Shown: in pieces, positions 26,834-36,410 of the stretch | Position numbering within the stretch: position 1 is the first letter of the stretch | How the letters are laid out: each line of letters begins with the position of its first letter | NCBI GenBank assembly: GCA_030429865.1 | Contig: JAUIFX010000003.1 | Location: 1-56,335 of the forward strand | Origin: Gammaproteobacteria bacterium | GTDB taxonomy: Bacteria; Pseudomonadota; Gammaproteobacteria; Ga0077536 | Direction: 5' to 3' | DNA: 56,335 nucleotides | The notes under the pieces: model-generated | What the model was told of the DNA's origin: nothing | What the model saw: the letters and a program-made list of their open reading frames with translations, nothing else | Databases searched by the model: none | Made by a program: the position numbers and the translations under genes

Positions 26834-28450
26834 TCAGCAGGAGGGCGGGTTCGAGCTGCTGGCGGCAGCCGGGCGCCGGGGCGCTTCGATCGGCAGGCGG
26901 ATAGTGAAGGTCGTGCCTTCGCCGGGTTCGCTGGCAACGCTGATCTTGCCGCCATGGTCCTGGATGATGCCGTAGGACACCGACAGGCCCAGCCCGGTGC
27001 CCTGGCCGACGGGCTTGGTAGTGAAGAAAGGATTGAAGATGTCGCTCAGCTTGTCGGCGTCGATGCCGTGCCCGTTGTCACTGACCGTGACCTGCACACC
27101 ACCGTCGTCGGTGCGGCTGGTGGCGATGCGGATCCGGCCCTGCTCGGCGATGGCATGGCTGGCATTGACCAGCAGGTTGGTGAACACCTGCCCCAGCTTG
27201 CCGGCGTTGCAGACAATGGGCGGCAGTTCACCGAAGTCGCGCTCGATCGTGCAGTTGTACTTGAGTTCGTTCCACACCAGCTTCAGCGAGACTTCGATGA
27301 TCTCGTGAATATCGGCTTCGTTCAGGCTGGAGCCGTCGGTGCGCGCGAAGGTCTTGAGCCCCTCGACGATATCCTTCACGCGCATCATGCCTTCAACCGA
27401 TTCTTCGATGATGGCGGTCGCATCACTGCGCACGAACTCGAGATCGTTGCTGTCGCTGCGGGCGCGGATCTCGGCCAACGCACCGTCCACGATGTGTTCG
27501 TTGCCCTGATCGACCGCCGCGACGAAGCGTTCGTAGCAGCCAAGCATGTCAACGAGCGTCTGTACGTAGTCGCGCAGGCTGTTGACGTTGCTCATCACGA
27601 AACCGATGGGATTGTTGATCTCGTGGGCAATGCCCGCCGCGAGCTGACCGATCGAGACGAGTTTCTCGGATTGCACGAGCTGGTCCTTGGTCGCGCGCAG
27701 ATCGGCGTTCGCCTGTTCCAGCGAGGCGATGTTCTGGCGTAGCTGCACTTCTGATTCGCGCCGGTCGATGCCGGTGCCGAGCTGCAGTGCCGCGGTCTCC
27801 ACGTTGCGCAGGAATTTTTCGTCGCGGCTGTGCGAATCGGGGCTGAAGAACTCGGTCACGGCGACGATGCGGCCAAACGCGCGAATCGGCACGGCGAACG
27901 ACGAGCTGAGCCCGAGTTGCTGGTAGATGCCGGCGCGCGGATTGTCATCATGGTGGTCGATGTTTTCCTGGTAGACGACGATGCCGTCGGCGAACGCGCG
28001 GCCGGGAACACCTTCGCCGGGGGCGAAGACGAGATCCCCGGAGGCCTCGACCAGGCTGCGTGCATCGAAGTCCTCGCGCGATTCCCAGATGTCCGAGGAA
28101 ACCAGGCGGGCCGCGTCATCGCCTTCTCGGGGAAAGAACACGTGTCCGCACGGCCAGCCGCAACGGTTGCATACCGAACGCAGGAAAGCTCGCAGGATGG
28201 TGTGGGTGTCGGGGTCCTGCTGGGTGTAGAAGGCGATTTCGTGCAGCAGCTCGAGTTCGGCCGTACGCGCGTGCAACTCGGCAAGGCTTTCTTCGATCTG
28301 CCTGTGAGCGTCGTTGAGCTCGTCGTTGCGCGCGCGCAGGCGGCGCTCGACCGACTCGCGTGCACGGCGTTCCAGTTCCAGGGTGCGGTTGAGCAGCGCG
28401 ACGCGATCGTTCGTTGGCGTGGCGAGCGGGGTCGCCGTGATGTCGTTCAA
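26834..28450 (-). CDS. GAF-domain sensor histidine kinase
   Basis: H-box AHEINNP, N-box NLLVNA, DNGHGI, FFTTKPVGQGTGLGL; TTG start overlapping the upstream stop. Confidence 0.93.
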   Translation of the reverse strand: MNDITATPLATPTNDRVALLNRTLELERRARESVERRLRARNDELNDAHRQIEESLAELHARTAELELLHEIAFYTQQDPDTHTILRAFLRSVCNRCGWPCGHVFFPREGDDAARLVSSDIWESREDFDARSLVEASGDLVFAPGEGVPGRAFADGIVVYQENIDHHDDNPRAGIYQQLGLSSSFAVPIRAFGRIVAVTEFFSPDSHSRDEKFLRNVETAALQLGTGIDRRESEVQLRQNIASLEQANADLRATKDQLVQSEKLVSIGQLAAGIAHEINNPIGFVMSNVNSLRDYVQTLVDMLGCYERFVAAVDQGNEHIVDGALAEIRARSDSNDLEFVRSDATAIIEESVEGMMRVKDIVEGLKTFARTDGSSLNEADIHEIIEVSLKLVWNELKYNCTIERDFGELPPIVCNAGKLGQVFTNLLVNASHAIAEQGRIRIATSRTDDGGVQVTVSDNGHGIDADKLSDIFNPFFTTKPVGQGTGLGLSVSYGIIQDHGGKISVASEPGEGTTFTIRLPIEAPRRPAAASSSNPPSC

Positions 28451-29760
28451 GCTCGTCCTCCGACGCGCACGTGGAGTTCCAGCCGCCCGGTTAACTCCGA
28501 CTCGAACTGCGTGAGCTTGCCGATTAGTGCGGCGCTCAGGACCGTGCCCGCCGCGAGCAGCACGATGCCGGTTTCGGCGCGCACGTCGCGCAGCAGCTCC
28601 ATCCCGGGTGCGAGCTCGGCGGTGCTCAGGGTGAGGTCGCTCGTGGTCCGCTCGACCTCGTCGTCGCGCTTGACGACACGCGCCAGTGCCTTGACCACGC
28701 GGCCGTCGTACACGCTGCCGGCACGGCTCTGCAGGTAGGCGAGCGCCTCGCCACGCTGGTGACGGCTGCCGGTCAGGGTGCCGGCGATCATGCCGTCGAA
28801 ATCATTCACCGCGGCGACGATACGCGCGCCCAGGGGAATCGCGTCGCCGGCGAGTCCGTCCGGGTAGCCGCTGCCGTCCAGGCGCTCGTGGTGGGAGCGA
28901 ATCAGCTTGCAGGCACCTTCCAGTGGCGGCAGGGGGGCGAGTAGTCCGGGTCCCAGGAGAGCGTGCTTGCGCAGCGTCTCGCGCTCGCTCTCGCTGAGCC
29001 GGTTCTGCGGCTTGGCGAGCAGCTCGCTGTCCATGCCGAGTTTGCCGATGTCGTGCAGCAGCGCGGCGAAGTAGAGGTCCTGCAATTCGCGGCGTTGCAG
29101 ACCCAGCACCTTGCCGACCTCGCGCGCAATGCGGGCCACGCGCCGGCCGTGCCCGCTCGCGCTCTGCTCGTGGAGTTCGATGATCTGGCCGAATACGGAG
29201 ATCGCCTCCTGGTAGGCTTCGCGCAGTTGGCGAGTGCGTGCCTCGACCTTCTCCTCGAGGCGCTCGTTGAGTCCGCGTAGCTCCTCGTTCTGTTGCGCGA
29301 TCACCGCTTGCATCTCGGCCCGTTCGCGCTCGAGCAGGCGCACGTGCAGCACCTCGCCGATGCAGCTGCGCAGCTCTTCGTCGTCCCAGGGTTTGCTCAG
29401 GTAACGGTAGATCTTGCCATCGTTGACGGCCTTGATCGTCGACTGCAGGTCGGAGAAGCCGGTGAGCAGGATGCGCACGGTGTCCGGACTGCGTTCGGCG
29501 ACATGGCGCAGGAACTCGTCGCCGCTCATCTGCGGCATGCGCATGTCGGAGATGACCATGTCGACGGGATGCTGATCGAGCAGTTCGAGGCCGGCCGCGC
29601 CGCTCTCGGCGGTCACCACGGTATGGCCCGCGCGGCGCAGCAGGCGGTTAAGCGCGCTGAGAATGTTGGGCTCGTCGTCGACGCACAGGATGACCCCACG
29701 AGGCGCGTCCTGCGCTGGCGGCGGCTGGTGTGCAGTGTCGGCGATGGCGGCGTGAGACAT
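28447..29760 (-). CDS. Response regulator with HD-GYP phosphodiesterase domain
   Basis: REC (VDDE, SDMRMP, KPW) plus HDIGK and HHERLDGSGYP. Confidence 0.93.
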   Translation of the reverse strand: MSHAAIADTAHQPPPAQDAPRGVILCVDDEPNILSALNRLLRRAGHTVVTAESGAAGLELLDQHPVDMVISDMRMPQMSGDEFLRHVAERSPDTVRILLTGFSDLQSTIKAVNDGKIYRYLSKPWDDEELRSCIGEVLHVRLLERERAEMQAVIAQQNEELRGLNERLEEKVEARTRQLREAYQEAISVFGQIIELHEQSASGHGRRVARIAREVGKVLGLQRRELQDLYFAALLHDIGKLGMDSELLAKPQNRLSESERETLRKHALLGPGLLAPLPPLEGACKLIRSHHERLDGSGYPDGLAGDAIPLGARIVAAVNDFDGMIAGTLTGSRHQRGEALAYLQSRAGSVYDGRVVKALARVVKRDDEVERTTSDLTLSTAELAPGMELLRDVRAETGIVLLAAGTVLSAALIGKLTQFESELTGRLELHVRVGGRA

Positions 29761-29795
29761 AGGGGATTCCCGGTCGCGTAGAGGACTGCAATGTC

Positions 29796-29823
29796 TTAGC
29801 GGCCGCGCGGGACGCGGACTTGA
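29796..29823 (-). promoter_or_regulatory. Candidate sigma28 (FliA) promoter
   Basis: Minus strand TCAAG-N15-GCCGCTAA, 35 nt upstream of the HD-GYP ATG. Confidence 0.5.
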
Positions 29824-30178
29824 GGCCGCCGGCTTGCCGGACCGGTCGAGCAGATTGCGCGGCGCGCGAGACCAGGTCCGCGCGCCGGACCTGGCTCGCC
29901 GGGTCAGCGCGTGGCGCGGGCCGGGTGGGCATGACGGGATGCCGGTTGGCCCACGCCTCCAGCGCTCCCGGACGCACCGCCCGGTTGAATGCCGCGGTCG
30001 CGTGCGCCTGCCCCGCGAGCGCCTGCGCGGGGTCTGCGCGGGACCGGGGTCGACGCCGTCGCGACGGACCCTGGTATGTCCGGCGCCGGCGTGTCCGAAA
30101 CGTCAGCACGCGAGCCGCGGCGCGCGGCGCATATCGACGTGGTCGATCGCCGCGCACACGCTGCGCCGAGCGCGACGC

Positions 30179-31840
30179 TCAGCCGTCCTCGGCGCGATAC
30201 AGGTGCACGTCGCGTTGCGGGAACGGAATGGAAATCCCCTCGGCGTCGAAGCGCGCCTTGACCGCCTTGGTCACGTCCCAGTAGACGGTCCAGTAGTCGG
30301 GTGTCTTGACCCAGGGCCGCACGAGGAAGTCGACCGAGGATTCGCCGAGTGCGTGCAGCTTGACCGATGGCGCCGGTTCGGCGAGCACCAGCTCGTGGCT
30401 GGTGACGATCTCCTCGAGCACGCGCTGGGCGTGGCCCATGTCGTCGCCGTAGCCGATCCCGAAACTCAGGTCGACGCGGCGTGTCGGCTCGGCGTTGACG
30501 TTGCGGATGACGTCGCCCCAGATGCGGTTGTTGGGCACGACCAGCTTCTGGTTGTCGAAGGTGTTGATGGTGGTCGAGACCAGGCTCATCTGGCGTACCG
30601 TGCCGCTGACGCCGCCGGCTTCGACGACATCGCCGATGTCGAAGGGACGGTAGACCAGGATCATCAGCCCGGAAGCGAAGTTCGACAGTGAATCCTGCAG
30701 GGCGAAGCCGATGATGAAGCCGGCCACACCGAGGCCGGCGAGCAGCGGCGCGAGCTCGATGCCGATCTGGGACAGCGCGATGAGCAGGCCGATGCCGAGC
30801 ACGAGACCCGACGCGAGCTTGACGAAAAAGTCCTGCAGCAGCTGCGAGAAGGCGAGATGCGGCGCGGACACGGCGCGGCGGGTGACGCCGGCGGTAAGGC
30901 GCGCGGCGTAACGGGCGAGCAGCACGAGGACGACGAACACGACCAGCTTGAACAGCCAGCCCGGGCCGTTCTCGACCAGCGCCGCGCGCGCCTCGTCCAG
31001 CCAGGCACCGGCGAGGCCGAGCAGCACGTCGCTGTCGAGCAGGTCACCGGAAAGCTCGCCGCTGGCGCGGAACAGCAGTTCCTTGAGATCGGCGGTATCC
31101 AGGTTGCGCCGATCCATCAGGTCGACGACCACCGCGAGGCTCTCCTTGAGGCGGTCGCGGCGCTCTTCCAGCGCCGTGAGCTGGAGGTCCAGCGCGGCCT
31201 TCTGATCGTCGGTGGCAGCCTTGCGCCGCGTGCGCACGCTGCTCACGCGATCGGCAGCGAGCTCGAGGCGGCCGGCGAGGCGCGCGGCGCGCGACTCGAG
31301 CAGCTCGTCGATGGCCGCGTCGCGGGCCGCACCGTCGGCTCCCAGGCGGCTGAGCCGCGCGGCGTTCTCGAGCAGGTCTTCGAGCAGGCCCGAGAGCGTC
31401 GCGTGGACGTCGCGCAGCCGGTACTCGAAGTCGAGCATGGCTTCCGGTGCGGCGGCGTCGCGCTCTTCGCGCAGGGTATCGATCCGCTTGGTGAGGGCGT
31501 CGATTTCGCGGCGGATGAGCCGGGCCTGCTGCTCGAGCGCGGTGACGAGCTGTGCCGGGTCGACGCCGGCGGTGTCCGCCGCGTCGACCAGCTTGCCGAG
31601 CTCCTCGCGCAGTTCGCGCTCGAGCCGCAAGCGCCGTCCGAGGGCCGCAATGGCGTCCTCGTCGGCGGCCTCGGTGTCCATCGCGCCGAGCCCGGCGAGT
31701 TCGCCGCGCAGGGCTTCGACGCGCTGCCAGGCCGGGTGTCCGGCCGGCTCCTGCTCGGCCAGCGCGTGAAGTGGCGAGGCGAGTAGCGCCACCAGGAGGG
31801 TGAAGCGCAGGAGCGTTGTCGGGTGGGGAGCTATCGTCAT
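30179..31840 (-). CDS. MscS-family mechanosensitive channel with long periplasmic coiled-coil N-terminus
   Basis: GFALQDSLSNFASG, RPFDIGD, VPNNRIW, ISIPFPQRDVH. Confidence 0.92.
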   Translation of the reverse strand: MTIAPHPTTLLRFTLLVALLASPLHALAEQEPAGHPAWQRVEALRGELAGLGAMDTEAADEDAIAALGRRLRLERELREELGKLVDAADTAGVDPAQLVTALEQQARLIRREIDALTKRIDTLREERDAAAPEAMLDFEYRLRDVHATLSGLLEDLLENAARLSRLGADGAARDAAIDELLESRAARLAGRLELAADRVSSVRTRRKAATDDQKAALDLQLTALEERRDRLKESLAVVVDLMDRRNLDTADLKELLFRASGELSGDLLDSDVLLGLAGAWLDEARAALVENGPGWLFKLVVFVVLVLLARYAARLTAGVTRRAVSAPHLAFSQLLQDFFVKLASGLVLGIGLLIALSQIGIELAPLLAGLGVAGFIIGFALQDSLSNFASGLMILVYRPFDIGDVVEAGGVSGTVRQMSLVSTTINTFDNQKLVVPNNRIWGDVIRNVNAEPTRRVDLSFGIGYGDDMGHAQRVLEEIVTSHELVLAEPAPSVKLHALGESSVDFLVRPWVKTPDYWTVYWDVTKAVKARFDAEGISIPFPQRDVHLYRAEDG

Positions 31841-31874
31841 AGGGGACTCCTGTATCGGGTGGGAGCGCGGCGCG

Positions 31875-33026
31875 TCACGGAATGTCGACGACGATGTCGG
31901 CACCGTAGGTGGTGTCGAGGGATTTCGCTCCCGGTGTCGGGATGTTGTCGTACTCGTGGCGCAGGCCGAGGCGCAATGACCACAGGTCGGAATGGCCGAG
32001 CGGCACTTCGACGCCCATGTTGCTGTCCAGGCGGTAGTCGCGCAGCGGGCTCGTGAATGACGGGAAATAGGTCAGGTTGTGCGTGAAGCGCAGCCAGTCG
32101 TTGATCTCGACCCGGTAATCGTAGCCGAGCGTGACGATGCCCTGGCGGTTGTTGCGGCCGTTCTCGAACGCCTCGAACTGGTAGCCGAGACCGCTGCGAA
32201 GTTTCCACTCGTGGGTCGGTTTGCGAATCGCGAAGTAGCCGATACCGCCGAGGGTCTGTGAGCGCAGGTCGATGTTCTCGAACTTGTCCTTTTCGAGTTC
32301 CTGGCGCGCGAAGGCATACCAGTTGCCGCCGATGTCGTGCTCGATATTGGCGCCGAGCCGGATTTCCTTCTCGGTCAGCACCTTGTTCTGTTCCTGCATG
32401 GTGCCTTCGGCGAACAGCATGAGACGGTCGCGCTTCGTCTCGCGCCGCGCCTCGGCGCGGCCGTTGAACAGCAGGCGCTGCGCGTTGCCCGAGGCGCCGT
32501 TGAGACCGGCGGTGATGCGTCCGGACCACGGGTCGGTGAAGCTCGCGAGGCGCTCCTCGACCGCTTTCACCTCCTTCGCATGCGCCGCCTTGACCCGCGC
32601 CATGGCCGCGCGGTGCGCCTGGTCCGCGCGGCGCAGGGTGGGTGCCTGCTGATCGGGGGGCCAGACCGCGGCAAGCTCGCCGACGGCGATTTCGAGCGCA
32701 CCGAAGGCCGTGCCGGTAATGCGCTGGGCGCTCTCGTCCGGGTCGTACTCCAGTTGGCCACGCACGCGGTCCGCGCTGTGCATGCCGATCATCATGGGCG
32801 CGTCGGTGGTGATGCCGGCGACTGACGCCGTGGGCACCGTCAGCTCGCCGGCGAAGCCGGTCCGGATGACGTAGCCCTCGGCGGTACTGGCAAGCAGCTC
32901 GCCGGCGAGGCGGCTGCCGTCGCTGAGGTAGATGAGATCGGCGTTGGTGATGGCTGGAAGGAGGGTGATGAGGACGCCCGCGGCAAGCCGCGGGCGGCCG
33001 CGCTCGGAGGCGGTCGTGAAAGGCAA
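31875..33026 (-). CDS. DUF481 (YdiY-like) outer-membrane beta-barrel protein
   Basis: DLIYLSDGSRLAG N-domain, WSGRITAG...SGN, ELEKDKFENID, GGIGY; TTG start after GGAGA. Confidence 0.75.
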   Translation of the reverse strand: MPFTTASERGRPRLAAGVLITLLPAITNADLIYLSDGSRLAGELLASTAEGYVIRTGFAGELTVPTASVAGITTDAPMMIGMHSADRVRGQLEYDPDESAQRITGTAFGALEIAVGELAAVWPPDQQAPTLRRADQAHRAAMARVKAAHAKEVKAVEERLASFTDPWSGRITAGLNGASGNAQRLLFNGRAEARRETKRDRLMLFAEGTMQEQNKVLTEKEIRLGANIEHDIGGNWYAFARQELEKDKFENIDLRSQTLGGIGYFAIRKPTHEWKLRSGLGYQFEAFENGRNNRQGIVTLGYDYRVEINDWLRFTHNLTYFPSFTSPLRDYRLDSNMGVEVPLGHSDLWSLRLGLRHEYDNIPTPGAKSLDTTYGADIVVDIP

Positions 33027-33274
33027 TGATTTCTCCGGGGTGATTGATCTTCTACGGTGCGGCGCAGCGTCGCCGCGCAGGCATATTGTTCGAGACGCGG
33101 CGTCGGGGCGCAAATCGCGGGCCGGTTTCGGCGCCGCACGCGCGGGCGCGCGCGAGCCCGGACGCCGGAACTACATCCAACAGCCACGAACGCGGCCCCG
33201 ATCCGGATCTCGACCCGCGCCACGGCGCTGCGGACAGCCATCAGCGCGATCCGCGGCCAGCGGCTCGGCGCGCG

Positions 33275-33386
33275 CAAAAGTGCCTGACACTTTTGCTCAA
33301 AATTTGACCACTTCAGGTCGGCCCGGAGAGGGCGTAAGGGCGACAGCGAACCAAAAGTGTCTGACACTTTTGCTTAAGATTTGACC
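33275..33386. repeat. Two 35-bp direct repeats, each containing the palindrome CAAAAGTG(C/T)CTGACACTTTTG
   Basis: Copies at 33275-33309 and 33352-33386 differ at 3 positions; 42-bp spacer. Confidence 0.9.
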
Positions 33387-33424
33387 TTTGCGGGGGGCGG
33401 AGCGGGGGAGCCCGGAGACCCGGG

Positions 33425-33482
33425 AAAAAAACGGACGGGCATTGGCCGGGCAGGGGCCGGCCGGGAAGCAGCGGCCCGTCCG
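33425..33482 (-). terminator. Rho-independent terminator (minus strand)
   Basis: Stem CGGACGGGC/GCCCGTCCG with inner GGCCGG/CCGGCC, followed by U7 on the minus strand. Confidence 0.7.
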
Positions 33483-33545
33483 CAAGACACCGCCGTCCGA
33501 CCCCAGGGGAGCCGTGACAGCGGCGGCACACAGGGAGGGAAGCGG
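33425..33545 (-). ncRNA. Candidate small RNA with C/U-rich anti-SD motifs
   Basis: CUUCCCUCCCU, then a hairpin with CUCCCCU in its loop region, then the terminator. Confidence 0.4.
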
Positions 33546-33641
33546 CAAAGCCCGTACCGTGCCGCCGGCACGGGCCGGTATCGCGCTCACGCCGGGCGCT
33601 CTCGCCCGGCGCAAGCGGGATACGTTTCCGCGACGCGGGCG

Positions 33642-34865
33642 TCAGCCCGCCGAGCGCTGGGCCATGGCAGAACTGCCGATGGCGTCGGTGAAGTTCGGCC
33701 AGACCTTCTCGGTGACGAGTTCGAGGCTCTTCATGCACTCGTTGTGTGGCATGTGGTTGTAGATGAACATCCAGAAGTAGTCGACGGGAAGCTCCTTCAG
33801 CAGCGCCTCGATCTTGCGATTGACCGTATCGGGCGAACCGTGGATCACGAGGCCGCGCTCGGACGCCGTCTCGAACGTGGCCGGCATGTCCCACGGACCT
33901 TCGCCCGGGCGCGCTACCGCGGCATTGAAGCCGAACGGCACGAAGAAGTTGTTCCAGATGAACGAACCCGCGTCACGCGCGATGCGCTCGGCTTCGGCAT
34001 CGGTCTCGGCGACGATGACTTCGCGACTGAGCGCCATGCCCTGGCCGAACTTGTAGTTCCTGCCGGCGGCATTGGCTGCTTCCATGGCGGCTTCGAAATG
34101 GCCCTTGGTGACGCCGATGTCGGTCATCACCGTGACCGGCACCAGGCCGCGTTCCATGCCCCAGCGAATCGAGCGCTCGGAGGTCGCGAACGGCATGAAC
34201 AGGTCCGGCACCTGCTTCTCGTAGGGCGGCGGCGCGATGCCGATCTCCTCGATGATGCCGTCCTTATTGCAGCCCTGGCCGTAGTTCCAGGCCACCTCGG
34301 CCGCGGCCCACTTGATGTCCTTGGTCGGCACCTGCCAGTGCTTGCCCAGGAAGCTGAACGTATCCTTGGTCCAGGCGTTCATCATGATCTCGAAGTGTTC
34401 TTCGAACAGCGAGCGCTTGAGGTCCTCGTACTCCGGGCCCTCGCCCGGTTCGGCGAGGCCGACCTGCTGGCCGAGCACGTTGACCCAGCGCGGCTGGTAG
34501 CCGCGCGCGAAGCCGGCGAACACCCGGCCCTGCAGCATCTGCGAGACCATCGCGATGTTCTCGGCCAGGTTGATCGGGTTCTGCGACGGCAGCACGTTGC
34601 CGAGCTGACCGAACTTCATGCGCTTGGTCTGCAGGCCGAAGTAGAGATCGAGGATCACCGGGTTGGTCGAGACTTCCTCGCCCTCGACGTGGAAATGATG
34701 CTCGGTGAAGCCGCAGCCGTAATAGCCGTTCTCGTCCATGTACTGCAGCTGCTCGGTGAGCTCGCGCAGCATCATCTGGTAGAGGTGGGTCTGCTTGCCC
34801 GCCATGCCCTTCTTGATGTCTTCCATATGGCCGACGGACGGCAGGTAAAAAGCGCCAACTTCCAT
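33642..34865 (-). CDS. LLM-class (luciferase-like) flavin-dependent oxidoreductase
   Basis: GFTEHHF, NPINLAENIAM, GFARGYQ, GSPDTV. Confidence 0.9.
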   Translation of the reverse strand: MEVGAFYLPSVGHMEDIKKGMAGKQTHLYQMMLRELTEQLQYMDENGYYGCGFTEHHFHVEGEEVSTNPVILDLYFGLQTKRMKFGQLGNVLPSQNPINLAENIAMVSQMLQGRVFAGFARGYQPRWVNVLGQQVGLAEPGEGPEYEDLKRSLFEEHFEIMMNAWTKDTFSFLGKHWQVPTKDIKWAAAEVAWNYGQGCNKDGIIEEIGIAPPPYEKQVPDLFMPFATSERSIRWGMERGLVPVTVMTDIGVTKGHFEAAMEAANAAGRNYKFGQGMALSREVIVAETDAEAERIARDAGSFIWNNFFVPFGFNAAVARPGEGPWDMPATFETASERGLVIHGSPDTVNRKIEALLKELPVDYFWMFIYNHMPHNECMKSLELVTEKVWPNFTDAIGSSAMAQRSAG

Positions 34866-34979
34866 AATCTTGCTCCCCGGGATGGTTTTCGGGATGGACG
34901 TGTCGCGCCGCGGGCGAACGGCGGCGCGGGGATGCCGCCGAGGTTACTACGCCGTCGCGCGCAGCGTCCAGCGCGCCAC

Positions 34980-35372
34980 TCAGCCCGGTGCGGCGGCGAT
35001 GGCCTCGATCTCGAAACGCCACTCGGGTTTGAGCAGCTGCTTGACCAGCAGCGCCGTCGAGGCGGGACGGGCGTCGCCGAGATGGCGCGCACGTGCCGCG
35101 GCAAACGCCGCGTAGTCCTCGGCTGCGATGAGGTAGGCGGTTATCTTGACAATATTGTCAGCATTCATGCCGGCAACGCGCACGGCAGCCATCACGTTCA
35201 CCCAGGCCTGCTCCGCCTGCCCTTCCAGCGTATCCGGCAGGGAACCGTCCGGCGCGAGTCCGACCTGGCCGGCGATATACGCGATGCGCGCGTTCGGCGG
35301 AATCACGACCGTGTGGTGATAAGCGTTGTTGAACGGCGCGACGATGCCGTCCGGATTGAGTTTCTCGAGCAT
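34980..35372 (-). CDS. RidA/YjgF family protein
   Basis: [18 protein letters not shown]...FEIEAIA. Confidence 0.9.
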   Translation of the reverse strand: MLEKLNPDGIVAPFNNAYHHTVVIPPNARIAYIAGQVGLAPDGSLPDTLEGQAEQAWVNVMAAVRVAGMNADNIVKITAYLIAAEDYAAFAAARARHLGDARPASTALLVKQLLKPEWRFEIEAIAAAPG

Positions 35373-35521
35373 GCGGGGCTCCTCGCCGGGTCACCGCCCG
35401 GAGCATACCAGCGCCACGGGAACGGGTGTGGCGCCGGGTAGTTAGCGGCAGATCACTTCGATATAGTGTGGCCCGGCGCCGCCCCGGGCGCCATCCAGGC
35501 CCGCAACGAAAGACCCGCCGC

Positions 35522-36334
35522 ATGTCCACACCCGCCATCCATACCGAACAGAGTCTCATCACCAACGAACCCTACTACGAGCCGGTTGCCGACGAGGTGG
35601 CGGTGTTCACGGCCGCCTACCGCAACAAGCTGCCCGTGCTCCTCAAGGGGCCGACGGGCTGCGGCAAGACGCGTTTCGTCGAGTACATGGCCTGGCGCCT
35701 CGAGCGGCCGATGATCACGGTGGCCTGTCACGACGACCTTACTGCCTCCGATCTCATCGGCCGCTACCTCGTGCGCGGCGGGGAGACGGTGTGGGTCGAC
35801 GGCCCGCTGACCAGCGCGGTGCGCAACGGCAGCATCTGTTACCTCGACGAGGTGGTGGAAGCGCGCAAGGACACGTCCGTCGTCATCCACCCGCTGTGCG
35901 ACGACCGCCGCCTGCTGCCGATCGAGAAGCTCGGCGAGGTGCTCGCCGCGCCGCCCGAGTTCTGCCTCGTCATTTCCTACAACCCGGGCTACCAGAGCGT
36001 GCTCAAGGACCTCAAGCAGAGCACGCGCCAGCGCTTCGTCGCGCTCGAGTTCAACTACCCCGGCGTCGAGGTCGAACAGACCATCATCGAAAAGGAAAGC
36101 GGCATCGATGCGACAGGGGCGCGCCAGCTCGTCAAGTTCGGTCACATGACGCGCAACCTCAAGGGCAGCGGCCTCGACGAGGGCGCAAGCACACGCCTGC
36201 TGGTCAACGCGGCCAAGCTCATCCACGAGGGCATCGCGCCGGTCGTCGCCACGGACACCGCCGTGGCCCAGGCCCTGACCGACGACGAGGACATGCTCAA
36301 GGCCGTACACGAACTCAGCCGCTCGATCTTCTGA
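35522..36334 (+). CDS. cbbQ: CbbQ/NirQ/NorQ MoxR AAA+ ATPase
   Basis: [41 protein letters not shown]. Confidence 0.92.
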   Translation: MSTPAIHTEQSLITNEPYYEPVADEVAVFTAAYRNKLPVLLKGPTGCGKTRFVEYMAWRLERPMITVACHDDLTASDLIGRYLVRGGETVWVDGPLTSAVRNGSICYLDEVVEARKDTSVVIHPLCDDRRLLPIEKLGEVLAAPPEFCLVISYNPGYQSVLKDLKQSTRQRFVALEFNYPGVEVEQTIIEKESGIDATGARQLVKFGHMTRNLKGSGLDEGASTRLLVNAAKLIHEGIAPVVATDTAVAQALTDDEDMLKAVHELSRSIF

Positions 36335-36410
36335 GCGCCCCGCCGAGGTCCCCTAACGCCACCGCGCGCGGCCGTCCGGCCGGCGCGCCGATCACCGCCC
36401 GCGGAGAGCC

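Noticed and set aside
33275-33386. CRISPR array call
   Set aside because: Only two repeats, no cas genes and no AT-rich leader; kept as a repeat doublet.
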